Assembly (NCBI GenBank): GCA_963796955.1
Contig: CAWCNJ010000006.1
Location: 127,111 to 191,110, forward strand
From: Endomicrobiales bacterium
GTDB taxonomy: Bacteria > Elusimicrobiota > Endomicrobiia > Endomicrobiales > JALOBY01
Length of the DNA: 64,000 nucleotides
Direction of reading: 5' to 3'
Shown here in pieces: positions 47,791 to 55,714 of the stretch; position 1 is the stretch's first letter, and each line of letters opens with the position of its first letter. The notes beneath the pieces are model-generated. The model made no database searches. It had not been told where the DNA came from and was given only the letters and a program-made list of their open reading frames with translations. The position numbers and the translations under genes are program-made.

Positions 47791-47794
47791 GTAA
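46097..47794 (+). CDS. PorP/SprF/PorV-like beta-barrel + TPR protein (copy 2)
   Basis: 565 aa; differs from copy 1 at about four residues (I>F, AL>SM, A>G). Confidence 0.8.
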   Translation: MKNTIQRTIITGFLLCGAAAAHAEFNELGSSARSAGMGDCYVAIADDAYATFYNPAGLGRLHHKEIATTSSRLLMGLSDLNTIDENIISAVYGTQLYGGFGLGIHTFDVSGLYKESTSMLSYGKLVGKEVYLGASMKFMSKDYVPNLYTENAIDFSGESFGRDPVFANGYSKAFMSYDLGSYYQYSKRLSMALVAKDITSPDTGLAAANPLPMTTTLGLCYQDEGLLIPLEIQTRSDAITYAAGFERWLFSDQLALRAGLQEGSGNLSVVSCGVSYSYNNIIRFDYGFSMPLSGITNTSGSHRLSLVVSIGKPKTNTFELAKQPRDYIDAVTAFDKGQYFTAYDMFETLIKSLETSRQLKDHAIAYVKEILSRMQANIKANAAPSEVAYAKGLMAYSVPDYEDALNELQVFAGIIPGNTEVNYYIELLKKMLGKGSAKPQENQSGENGGGKGGKGSDQKDEFPGLDDKAPDPMLSNMSRDEYINYKLRNAVTDFNQGYYDLSAKDCLYALRADPNKDLSYVRLGSAYYAMGMRQYAVKAWQKALQLNPGNGDLREFMQEKNIPVK

Positions 47795-47857
47795 GACAGG
47801 GCCTTAAGTCAGTTGTTATACCTGCCGGACATGTTGAAAATTTGATATTATATCACC

Positions 47858-48583
47858 ATGTCCATAGTGGAAATAGAACACCTTACCAAAATTTTTAACG
47901 GCTGCGCGGCTGTCGACGATATCAGCTTTGATCTGCCCGAAGGCCGCATTACGGGGCTGCTCGGGCCGAACGGCGCCGGCAAAACGACCACCATATACAT
48001 GATGCTGGGTCTGATAACCCCGACGGCAGGCTCTATCAGGATCTTCGGCAAAGATATACAGCGCCACCGGCAGGAGATCCTGGGCCGGATGAATTTTTCT
48101 ACCGCCTACGTAAGCCTTCCTTCGAACATGAAAATATGGGAGAACCTCCGGTTCTTTTCGTATCTGTATGACGTTCCCCATTGGACCGACCGGGCCGATC
48201 ACCTGCTGAAACTTTTCGAACTTTCCGAATTCAAACACAAAAAATCCGGCGAACTATCGAGCGGACAGTCCACGCGGCTGAACATGGTAAAATCGCTTTT
48301 AAACTCTCCCTGTTTTCTGTGTCTCGACGAGCCGACGGCCAGCCTGGACCCCGCCTCCGCGCGCATTGTGCGCCGCCAGTTGCAGCAGATCGCGAAACAG
48401 GACGGTGTTACGATCCTGTATACATCGCACAATATGCATGAGGTGGAAGAGATCTGCGAAGAAGTTATTTTTCTTCATCACGGGAAAATAAAAGCGCGCA
48501 CCACACCGGCCGAATTGGTGCAGCAGGCTAACCAGAATAATCTGGAAGACGCGTTTTTGGAATTGGCGAAGGATGAAGCATGA
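47858..48583 (+). CDS. ABC transporter ATP-binding protein (ABC-2/DrrA-like)
   Basis: GPNGAGKTT, LSSGQ signature, LCLDEPT, SHN switch. Confidence 0.92.
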   Translation: MSIVEIEHLTKIFNGCAAVDDISFDLPEGRITGLLGPNGAGKTTTIYMMLGLITPTAGSIRIFGKDIQRHRQEILGRMNFSTAYVSLPSNMKIWENLRFFSYLYDVPHWTDRADHLLKLFELSEFKHKKSGELSSGQSTRLNMVKSLLNSPCFLCLDEPTASLDPASARIVRRQLQQIAKQDGVTILYTSHNMHEVEEICEEVIFLHHGKIKARTTPAELVQQANQNNLEDAFLELAKDEA

Positions 48584-49392
48584 TGAAAAATTTCATGAAA
48601 TCCCTGAAACGTATTTACGGTTTGGTGGCCCGGCATGTTACACTGATGCCGCGCAATTTTACGCGCTGGATGGATATGTTCTACTGGCCGATGATGGACC
48701 TGATGGTGTGGGGTTACACCACCGTTTATCTTAACAGCCACAGCAGCGGAAAAATAGATTTTGTCCTGCTTTTCGTCGGAGCGTTGATCTCCTGGGATAT
48801 TCTTTTCCGCGCGCAGCAATCAGTAACGGTGACCTTCCTTGAAGATGTCTGGGCGCGTAATATCCTTAATATTTTCGTGTCGCCCCTTTCGCCGCTGGAG
48901 TTCCTGACAGCCGCGATCACATACGGTATGATCAAGCATTTTATCACTATCTCTTTTATGTCTATGATCGCTTTTTGGCTGTACAATTACAATTATTTTT
49001 CCCTGGGTTTCGCGCTGATACCGGCTATCCTTAACCTGCTTATTTTTGGCTGGTGTATCGGCATTGTAGCGACCGCGATAATCCTGCGGTTCGGGCAGTC
49101 GGCGGAGATCGTCGCGTGGGGGCTGGCATTTCTTTTTCAGCCCTTCAGCGGGGTGTTCTATCCGGTTGAAACGCTGCCGAAAGCCGCTCAGATTTTTTCA
49201 GCGATATTGCCTACCTCGTATGTGTTCGCGGAGCTGCGCTCCATAGTGCTGACAAAAGCCTACGACCCCCTGTTGATGTGGAAGGCGCTGTCGCTGAATA
49301 TGGCATATCTTATGGCCACCGGATTATTTTTTAATTGGATGTGGAAAGGTGTAAAAAAACGCGGTCTACTTACAAAATTCGAGGTCTACTAA
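48580..49392 (+). CDS. ABC-2 type transporter permease
   Basis: About six hydrophobic segments, FSGVFYPVETLP motif, ATGA overlap with the ATPase gene. Confidence 0.9.
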   Translation: MMKNFMKSLKRIYGLVARHVTLMPRNFTRWMDMFYWPMMDLMVWGYTTVYLNSHSSGKIDFVLLFVGALISWDILFRAQQSVTVTFLEDVWARNILNIFVSPLSPLEFLTAAITYGMIKHFITISFMSMIAFWLYNYNYFSLGFALIPAILNLLIFGWCIGIVATAIILRFGQSAEIVAWGLAFLFQPFSGVFYPVETLPKAAQIFSAILPTSYVFAELRSIVLTKAYDPLLMWKALSLNMAYLMATGLFFNWMWKGVKKRGLLTKFEVY

Positions 49393-49395
49393 ACC

Positions 49396-50325
49396 ATGGA
49401 AAAACATCTGCAGGGCTCGGTGCCGGTCACCCGTGAACACAAGGAAATGTTCGATGCCGCGTACCTGCACATGCCGCCGGCCGTTTCAGACATGGTTTTT
49501 GCAAATCTCGTCGGATGGCAGCACTATTTCGCCTACCACGTACTATCGTTCAGGGATCTGTTATGCGTTCATTTTGTCAGCGGAAAACGTCTGGAAATTC
49601 TGCCTCCATTGCAAACGAAACCCTGCACCGATCAGGAATATTTAACGCAATTTTTGGAGCTGGCGGAAGCGGTGCGCGCCCATTGCGCCGGCAACGGTCT
49701 GGAACCGGTTTTTCGCTATTTTCCCAATACGGTAATTGCGCGTTTGGGCGGCGCGATACAAGAGATAATTCCGGAACGCGATTATTTCGATTATGTGTAC
49801 GACCGAGAAGAATTTGTGACACTTCCGGGTGAAAGATTTTCGCCGAAAAGGAATTTAATAAATCAGTTCAAGGGCCGCTATAAATGGGAATATCTTCCGC
49901 TTGATGAGGCCGCCATTCCAGCGGCTAAAGAGTACATGGACAAACGCAGATTGGATACTGAAAAACATCTGACAAGCAAAGAATATTGCATAGGCTGCGA
50001 GATGTTGAACACGTTCGATCTTGGATATATCGGCGGTATTTTAAAAGTGGACGGAGCTGTTGTCGGTGTAACTATCGGCAGCGTAGTGGAAAGGTTTGAA
50101 TACGAAGGCGGTATAGAACCTTCAGTGGTAGTGCATTTTGAGAACGCGGATATTTCTTTTAAAGGCGCTTACCAAATTATAAACCAGCAGTTCTGCGAAC
50201 ATCTGCCTGCTCATATAAAGTTTATTAACCGGGAAGAAGACCTCGGGCTGGCCGGGCTTCGCAAAGCAAAAACTTCATACAATCCCGTGCGTTTTATAGA
50301 AAAAAGCGTGATCCTTCCAAAGTAA
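49396..50325 (+). CDS. DUF2156 / phosphatidylglycerol lysyltransferase C-terminal-like (GNAT-fold) protein
   Basis: DYVY...LPGERFSPKRNLINQF, VHFENAD..FKGAYQIIN, INREEDLGLAGLRKAKTSYNP. Confidence 0.85.
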   Translation: MEKHLQGSVPVTREHKEMFDAAYLHMPPAVSDMVFANLVGWQHYFAYHVLSFRDLLCVHFVSGKRLEILPPLQTKPCTDQEYLTQFLELAEAVRAHCAGNGLEPVFRYFPNTVIARLGGAIQEIIPERDYFDYVYDREEFVTLPGERFSPKRNLINQFKGRYKWEYLPLDEAAIPAAKEYMDKRRLDTEKHLTSKEYCIGCEMLNTFDLGYIGGILKVDGAVVGVTIGSVVERFEYEGGIEPSVVVHFENADISFKGAYQIINQQFCEHLPAHIKFINREEDLGLAGLRKAKTSYNPVRFIEKSVILPK

Positions 50326-50446
50326 CAAAAAAACCCTCTTTTTCATAGCTTAAAACACATCAAAAATCAATATGTTTTTGATTTTATTGTCGTTTTTAAT
50401 TAATCGAAAATACTTTTAAATATATAGTCCAAGTATAGTTATATAC

Positions 50447-50475
50447 TTGTTTTTGATATTATCTTTTAGTATACT
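50447..50475 (+). promoter_or_regulatory. Possible sigma70 promoter (TTGTTT-N17-TATACT) for the motor-like operon
   Basis: Hexamers at 17-nt spacing in an AT-rich gap, ending ~10 nt before ATG 50486. Confidence 0.35.
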
Positions 50476-50485
50476 TTAGCAAGAT

Positions 50486-52057
50486 ATGAGGTTATTAATA
50501 CTTATTGGCGCGATTATAAGTATTACAATCACTCAAGCGTTCGCTGAAACGTTTGAGTACTTGCCTGTCTGGAATTGGAATGGTCCCATCGCAGTATACC
50601 GCCTGATAACAAAAGAATATAATAGCGTCCCGGATCTCTCTGATGCGTTTAGCGCACAGCAGATAACCAACCTGGTGCGCCCGCTCGGCAGGATACGCGT
50701 CTCCCCGGCCGGTGCAAAACTTGCCTGCCAGTCTTTTGACCTGAAAAAACATCTTTCGAAAATATTCATCTGTGATACGGCCTCGGGTACGGTCACCAGG
50801 GAAATGCTTGACGATTCCTTTAACGAATCCGATCCCGCCTTCCTGAACGAAACGGAACTCGTGTATTGCTCCGACAGGACCGGCCAGCCGAAATTGTGGA
50901 AGATGGACCTGCAGACGGGAAAAACCGTTCAGCTGACGTTCAAGGATTCCCTGGACACCAACCCCGACGTTTCTTCTACCGACGGAAAAATAGTCTTCAA
51001 CTCCATATTCCACGAAACAGAAACCACCGCCATCTGCACTATTGCCGCCGCGGGCGACGGGTATACCTACCTGTGCGACGGCCTTATGCCCCGGTTCTCT
51101 CCGGACGGCAAGAGGATCGCCTTTCTGAGAGAAGTACCGGACTATACGCAGATCTGGGTGAGCGCGCTCGACGGGGTAAAACCGGTGCTGGCGACCAGTA
51201 TAGAGGGGAAAATTAGAAGCCTCGGCTGGCGCGATAAGGATAAATTATTTTTTACCAGCGATATGTTCGCAGCCGGTTCAAAACAGTCCCTGATCCCTGC
51301 CGGAAATTTCAATATTTTCATGCTGGACCTGAGAACTGCGAAACTGTTCCAGCTTACCTCGAACGCCTCGGCTCATACTGAGATCGCATTTTCCTCCGGC
51401 GAAGACAGATTGTATTTCAACTCCAACAGGGGCGGGGCCTGGAACGTCTGGGGCATGGATATGAAAAACGTTTTTGGCCTTGTGGCCCCCGAAGAGCTCT
51501 ATTTCCTCGCCGGTGACGGGAAAGTGTCGTTATCATGGTCGCCGGCGGACAACGACAAGGCGGAAGGATATAACGTATATTTCAAACCGTCAGCCGGAAA
51601 GAACTGGTGGAAGGCGAACGACGAGATGGTCGCCAGCCTGAGTTTCTCCGTAGAAGATCTTAAGAACGGCGTCCCCTACGATTTTAAGGTCAGCGCCTGT
51701 GACGAGCACAAGGCGGCGGAAAGCCCGTATTCAAAAATAGTTTCCACAGCGCCTTTTTCCGCAACGCCGAAGCCCCAGCCGAAGGTTACGGCGGCAAAAG
51801 CGAAAAAGCCGGCGAAAAAAATAAAGGCGCGCAAAAGATACATGACGTCCGCGCCGCCCGTTCCCGCAAAGACGGTAGACAAGCCGCAGATCGAAGAAGT
51901 GGTGCCTCCCGCGGCCCCGGCTGCCCCCGCAGGGCGCCCGGCGGCCCCAGCCGGCAGCCAGACGGCGCCGGTAAAGGGCAAGGCGGCACCCGGCGGCGGG
52001 CAGAGTGCACCTGCCGGCGGCGATGATTGGGGGGATAGTAAGTCTTCGTCGTGGTAG
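50486..52057 (+). CDS. Secreted TolB-like (PD40) beta-propeller + FN3 protein with a Pro/Ala/Lys-rich tail
   Basis: Signal peptide (QAFA|E). PD40 motifs PRFSPDGKRIAF, NPDVSSTDGKIVF and YFNSNRGGAWNVW. FN3 motifs GKVSLSW...GYNVY...LKNGVPYDFKVSA. Low-complexity C-terminus. Confidence 0.8.
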   Translation: MRLLILIGAIISITITQAFAETFEYLPVWNWNGPIAVYRLITKEYNSVPDLSDAFSAQQITNLVRPLGRIRVSPAGAKLACQSFDLKKHLSKIFICDTASGTVTREMLDDSFNESDPAFLNETELVYCSDRTGQPKLWKMDLQTGKTVQLTFKDSLDTNPDVSSTDGKIVFNSIFHETETTAICTIAAAGDGYTYLCDGLMPRFSPDGKRIAFLREVPDYTQIWVSALDGVKPVLATSIEGKIRSLGWRDKDKLFFTSDMFAAGSKQSLIPAGNFNIFMLDLRTAKLFQLTSNASAHTEIAFSSGEDRLYFNSNRGGAWNVWGMDMKNVFGLVAPEELYFLAGDGKVSLSWSPADNDKAEGYNVYFKPSAGKNWWKANDEMVASLSFSVEDLKNGVPYDFKVSACDEHKAAESPYSKIVSTAPFSATPKPQPKVTAAKAKKPAKKIKARKRYMTSAPPVPAKTVDKPQIEEVVPPAAPAAPAGRPAAPAGSQTAPVKGKAAPGGGQSAPAGGDDWGDSKSSSW

Positions 52058-52077
52058 CATGGACGCACCAAAATGAA

Positions 52078-53568
52078 ATGAGAAAACTTTTTTCCATTAT
52101 CCTGCTCCTGTTCCTCTCCGTAAGCGCTTTCAGCTATTCGGTCTCGGAGAAGCTCGCCCTGGAGAAAGATTATGCCGAGCGCCTTGAGCGGGTGCTGGAT
52201 AATGTTATCGGCAAAGGCAAAGTATTTGTTTTCGTAAGCCTTGAACTTGATTCCCTGCAAACGCAGGAGCAGAAAGAATCATACGTTAAACTTGGCGAAC
52301 AGGAACAGGCCCCGGCAAAGAAATGGCTCTTCGACGAGAACGGTAACTCCTCCCAATACTATCTGCCCGGTTTCCCGGCAGAACAGCAGAAAGCCCAGAC
52401 GAATCAGAATTTTCCCACCAATGTTCAAAAAGTGGTCGAGCAGACCATTAACCTGCCCGGCACCGTTATCAAACGGGCCGATGTAACGATCATGATAGAT
52501 CCCGGTATTACCGATGATACCGTTAAGCCTGTCGGCCGTATCGCGGGCAGCCTGCTGGGTCTCAGTAAGAGCAGGGGCGACACTATTTCCATAAAGCGCA
52601 TACCGTTCCCGCCGGTGCAGTCGCTCGCCGACCAATTTAAAAAACCCGAGCTTATGGTAGAGATAGGAAAATACGTGCTGTTGTTCATCATGCTGATGGC
52701 CTTCATCCTGGTGTTCCTGTTGTTGTCACGGGATCTGATCAGGAATGTGGCGGTGATCGGGCAGGCGCTGCGTCCCAAGCTTGACATAGCTCTCAATCAG
52801 CCCGTGCAGGAAGCTGGCGCGGCGGCCGGTGCCGGACTCCCCGTCAGGGCGCCTGCGGCAGGCGCGGCGCGCGGTGAAATTCGCAGGGCCGCTGCGGCGA
52901 CCGGCAGGTCCACCAGACGGTTTGATTTCATCAACGAAGAAAATATCAAGCGTCTTGGGGTTATCATGAAAACGGAGCCGTTGGAACATATCTCTATCGC
53001 GCTTTCCTATCTTCAGCCGAAAGATATTACCTTTGTGCTGGCCGGCCTGGAGCCGGCCAAGCGCAGCGCCGTCGCCAACCGGCTGGTGAACCCGCAGGAG
53101 ACTTCTTTTGAGGAAGTGGAAAAAGTAGAAAAAACGATCAAGAACAAGATGGAATATATGATCGGCGGCAGCGAGTTCATGCTGGGCGTGCTGGATATCG
53201 CCGATAATGACACCAGGGAATCCCTGCTGTCGGATGTCTCCAAGCAGAACCCGAAGATCGCCGATCAGCTGAGGAACGAATTGTTCCTTTTCTCCGACAT
53301 AGAGAAGCTCAGTGATTCTGAGATCAAGAAGCTTGTGGATAGCATCGACAATGAAACCCTCTCAGTGGCCCTGAAGGAAGCTCCCGCGCCTATCGTCGAC
53401 CGGTTCATGACAAATATCTCGGCCGGTGCTCAGGCTAATCTTAAACAGATGATGGAACTTATGGGAGCCCAGACGCCCAACAGGATAACTGATTCGCGCA
53501 ACAAGATCGTGGCCATAGTGAGGCGGCTGATAAACGAGGGGGCCATAGCCCCGAAGGCGAAGATCTGA
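52078..53568 (+). CDS. FliF C-terminal ring domain (RBM3-like) - TM - FliG middle/C-terminal domain fusion protein
   Basis: FliF-like motifs ERLERVLDNVIGKGKVFVFVSLELD and GLSKSRGDTISIKRIPF, then a TM helix. FliG-like motifs EPLEHISIALSYLQP, GGSEF, ELFLFSDIEKLSD and KIVAIVRRLINEGAI. Start placed at ATG 52078 (MRKLFSII...). Confidence 0.8.
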   Translation: MRKLFSIILLLFLSVSAFSYSVSEKLALEKDYAERLERVLDNVIGKGKVFVFVSLELDSLQTQEQKESYVKLGEQEQAPAKKWLFDENGNSSQYYLPGFPAEQQKAQTNQNFPTNVQKVVEQTINLPGTVIKRADVTIMIDPGITDDTVKPVGRIAGSLLGLSKSRGDTISIKRIPFPPVQSLADQFKKPELMVEIGKYVLLFIMLMAFILVFLLLSRDLIRNVAVIGQALRPKLDIALNQPVQEAGAAAGAGLPVRAPAAGAARGEIRRAAAATGRSTRRFDFINEENIKRLGVIMKTEPLEHISIALSYLQPKDITFVLAGLEPAKRSAVANRLVNPQETSFEEVEKVEKTIKNKMEYMIGGSEFMLGVLDIADNDTRESLLSDVSKQNPKIADQLRNELFLFSDIEKLSDSEIKKLVDSIDNETLSVALKEAPAPIVDRFMTNISAGAQANLKQMMELMGAQTPNRITDSRNKIVAIVRRLINEGAIAPKAKI

Positions 53569-53605
53569 GACCTTTACTGATTTAATTTGATAATAGGAGC
53601 TTAAA

Positions 53606-54373
53606 ATGGATTTTATGACGATGATCGGTTTACTGGGGGCGGTAGTTTCGGTGTTCTACGTTATGCATACGGGCGGCGTTACCGACCTGCTGCTGAACCG
53701 GGAGGCCTTCATACTGGTTTTTGGCGGTACCTTTTTCTGCATACTTATCTCATACCCCTGGCGGCTGCTTAAAAAGATCCCGCGCGGTGTTCTGATGATG
53801 CTGTTCCCGCCTAAGACGTACGACCCGGAAACCTTGATACCGATCATTGTGGGCCTTTCTGAAAAAGCGAAACGGGAAGGGCTTTCGTCGCTCCAGGAAG
53901 AGCTGTTGAAGATCGACGAAGTGTTTTTACGGGACGGCATTCAGATGGTGATAGATAGGGTGAACCCGGAAGTATTGAGGGAAAACCTGAACAAGGAGAT
54001 CCATTTTACCCGGGAACGGCACGAAGAGGTAGGCGGGATATTTCGCATCATGGGAACGTACTCGCCGGTGTTCGGGCTGCTGGGCACCCTGATCGGCGTG
54101 GTGCAGGTATTGAAAAATCTCTCCGACCCGAAGAGCCTGGGCACCTCCATGGCGATCGCGGTGACGACGACGTTTTACGGGATCTTCGGCGCGAATTTTA
54201 TATTCCTTCCCATCTGTACGAAGCTGCAGGTGCTCAGCGAAAGGGAGCTGCTGCTCAAAGAGGTCGCGATCGAGGGAATTCTTGCACTGCAGAATGGCGA
54301 CATACCGCTGGTGGTCAATCAGAAACTTAAAGCGTATCTGGCGTATAAACTGAGGCTTGAAACAGCGAAATGA
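53606..54373 (+). CDS. motA: Flagellar-type stator subunit MotA/PomA
   Basis: MDFMT start, IVFGGT-like motif, KAKREGLSSL, FLRDGIQMVID, PVFGLLGTLIGVV, AIAVTTTFYG; AGGAG RBS. Confidence 0.9.
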   Translation: MDFMTMIGLLGAVVSVFYVMHTGGVTDLLLNREAFILVFGGTFFCILISYPWRLLKKIPRGVLMMLFPPKTYDPETLIPIIVGLSEKAKREGLSSLQEELLKIDEVFLRDGIQMVIDRVNPEVLRENLNKEIHFTRERHEEVGGIFRIMGTYSPVFGLLGTLIGVVQVLKNLSDPKSLGTSMAIAVTTTFYGIFGANFIFLPICTKLQVLSERELLLKEVAIEGILALQNGDIPLVVNQKLKAYLAYKLRLETAK

Positions 54374-55035
54374 AAGTTAACACGATATCCGATGGCACCA
54401 TGAGCCGCAGAAAACAGGGTTTTTCCAGAGCGCCGATCTGGATGACGATCTACGCCGATATGATGACGAACCTGATGTTGTTCTTTCTGATGCTGTACGC
54501 TTTCAGCAGGTTCGAGATGGATGCGAAATCCCGTAACCAGTACCAACAGGTTTTCGGTCAGGAGCTGCTGGGCATACAGAGTCCTGTCGCGCAGAAGCGC
54601 CATAAAATGACTGAAGACGATATTGTCAGGGAGGCCAGCAAGATCAAAGGCTTCATCGCCTCGGATGAAGCGCGGATCAGGCTTTCCATGCCGGGCGAGG
54701 TGTTGTTCAATTCAGGTTCCGCGGAGCTGAACGGCTCGGCCGCGGGCAGTCTTCAGCAGGTGCTGGAGATGATTAAAAAAATACCGAACAAGATAATGGT
54801 GGAAGGCCATACCGACGACAGACCGATGGTGTCGGAAGAATTCTCGTCTAATTGGGAACTGTCGCTGGCGCGCGCCGAATCAGTGGTGGATTATTTCGCG
54901 GCTAACGGCGTGCCCAGGGAACGATTGTGCCTTTCCGGGTACGGTGAATTCAAACCGCTGGTGGCGAATACGGACGACGCGAGCAGGGCGAAGAATAGAA
55001 GGATCGAGATAAGCATTATCACCGTGGTTCAGTGA
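54370..55035 (+). CDS. motB: Stator subunit MotB, canonical with the conserved Asp
   Basis: WMTIYADMMTNLMLFFLMLYAFS TM; OmpA-like domain EGHTD, SNWELSLARA, GYGEFKP, NRRIEI. Confidence 0.9.
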   Translation: MKVNTISDGTMSRRKQGFSRAPIWMTIYADMMTNLMLFFLMLYAFSRFEMDAKSRNQYQQVFGQELLGIQSPVAQKRHKMTEDDIVREASKIKGFIASDEARIRLSMPGEVLFNSGSAELNGSAAGSLQQVLEMIKKIPNKIMVEGHTDDRPMVSEEFSSNWELSLARAESVVDYFAANGVPRERLCLSGYGEFKPLVANTDDASRAKNRRIEISIITVVQ

Positions 55036-55047
55036 CAGGATGCCTTT

Positions 55048-55707
55048 ATGATAAAGCATTTACGAAAGTTGGTGGCGCGGGAAAAGGGGGATGTGGGCGT
55101 GGACCTGTATCTGGTGCCGTTCGGCAACCTGATGACGATCCTGATGATATTCTTTCTGATCCTGTGGGCGTTCTCCCAGACGGAGAATCATGATTCGCTC
55201 CAGTACGAAAAAGTGATCAACGCTATACAAAAGTCGCTGGGGGCAAAAACGGAAAAGCGTGAAAAAGAAGTGGAGATGGCCGATAAAATGACCGCCCTGT
55301 TCAAGGATAAGGGCCTTTCCCAGGCGGTACAGGTTAAAGTTTCGGCACGCAAGATAAAGATGATATTGCGCACCCCGGTGCTCTTTGTTTCCGGCTCCAG
55401 CCAGCTGCAGCCGGAAATATATCCGGTGCTCGATGAAATACTGAAATATATAACGGCGGCGCCCAGCACCGTCAGTGTTGAAGGACATACGGATAATATC
55501 CCGCTGACCGGGAGCAATTACAAAAGCAATTACAGCCTTTCAGCGGCCCGGGCATTTGAAGTCGTTAAATATTTTATTCAACAGGGTGTCCCGCCGGGCA
55601 GACTTTCCATTGTGGGCTACGGGGAGTACGAGCCGGTGGTCCCCAACGATACGGAGGAAGGCCGTTCACTGAACAGAAGGATAGAAATAAGCATTACACG
55701 CAGCTAA
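55048..55707 (+). CDS. motB: Second MotB-like protein with Asp>Asn in the TM motif
   Basis: YLVPFGNLMTILMIFFLILWAFS TM; EGHTDN, SNYSLSAARA, GYGEYEP, NRRIEI. Confidence 0.8.
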   Translation: MIKHLRKLVAREKGDVGVDLYLVPFGNLMTILMIFFLILWAFSQTENHDSLQYEKVINAIQKSLGAKTEKREKEVEMADKMTALFKDKGLSQAVQVKVSARKIKMILRTPVLFVSGSSQLQPEIYPVLDEILKYITAAPSTVSVEGHTDNIPLTGSNYKSNYSLSAARAFEVVKYFIQQGVPPGRLSIVGYGEYEPVVPNDTEEGRSLNRRIEISITRS

Positions 55708-55714
55708 CATAAGG

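Noticed and set aside
53606..55707. MotA/MotB pair as Zorya (ZorAB) or ExbBD/TolQR
   Set aside because: MotA is normal length with no long ZorA tail and no zorC/D/E is adjacent; the B subunits have OmpA-like domains unlike ExbD/TolR; a FliG-like gene is adjacent
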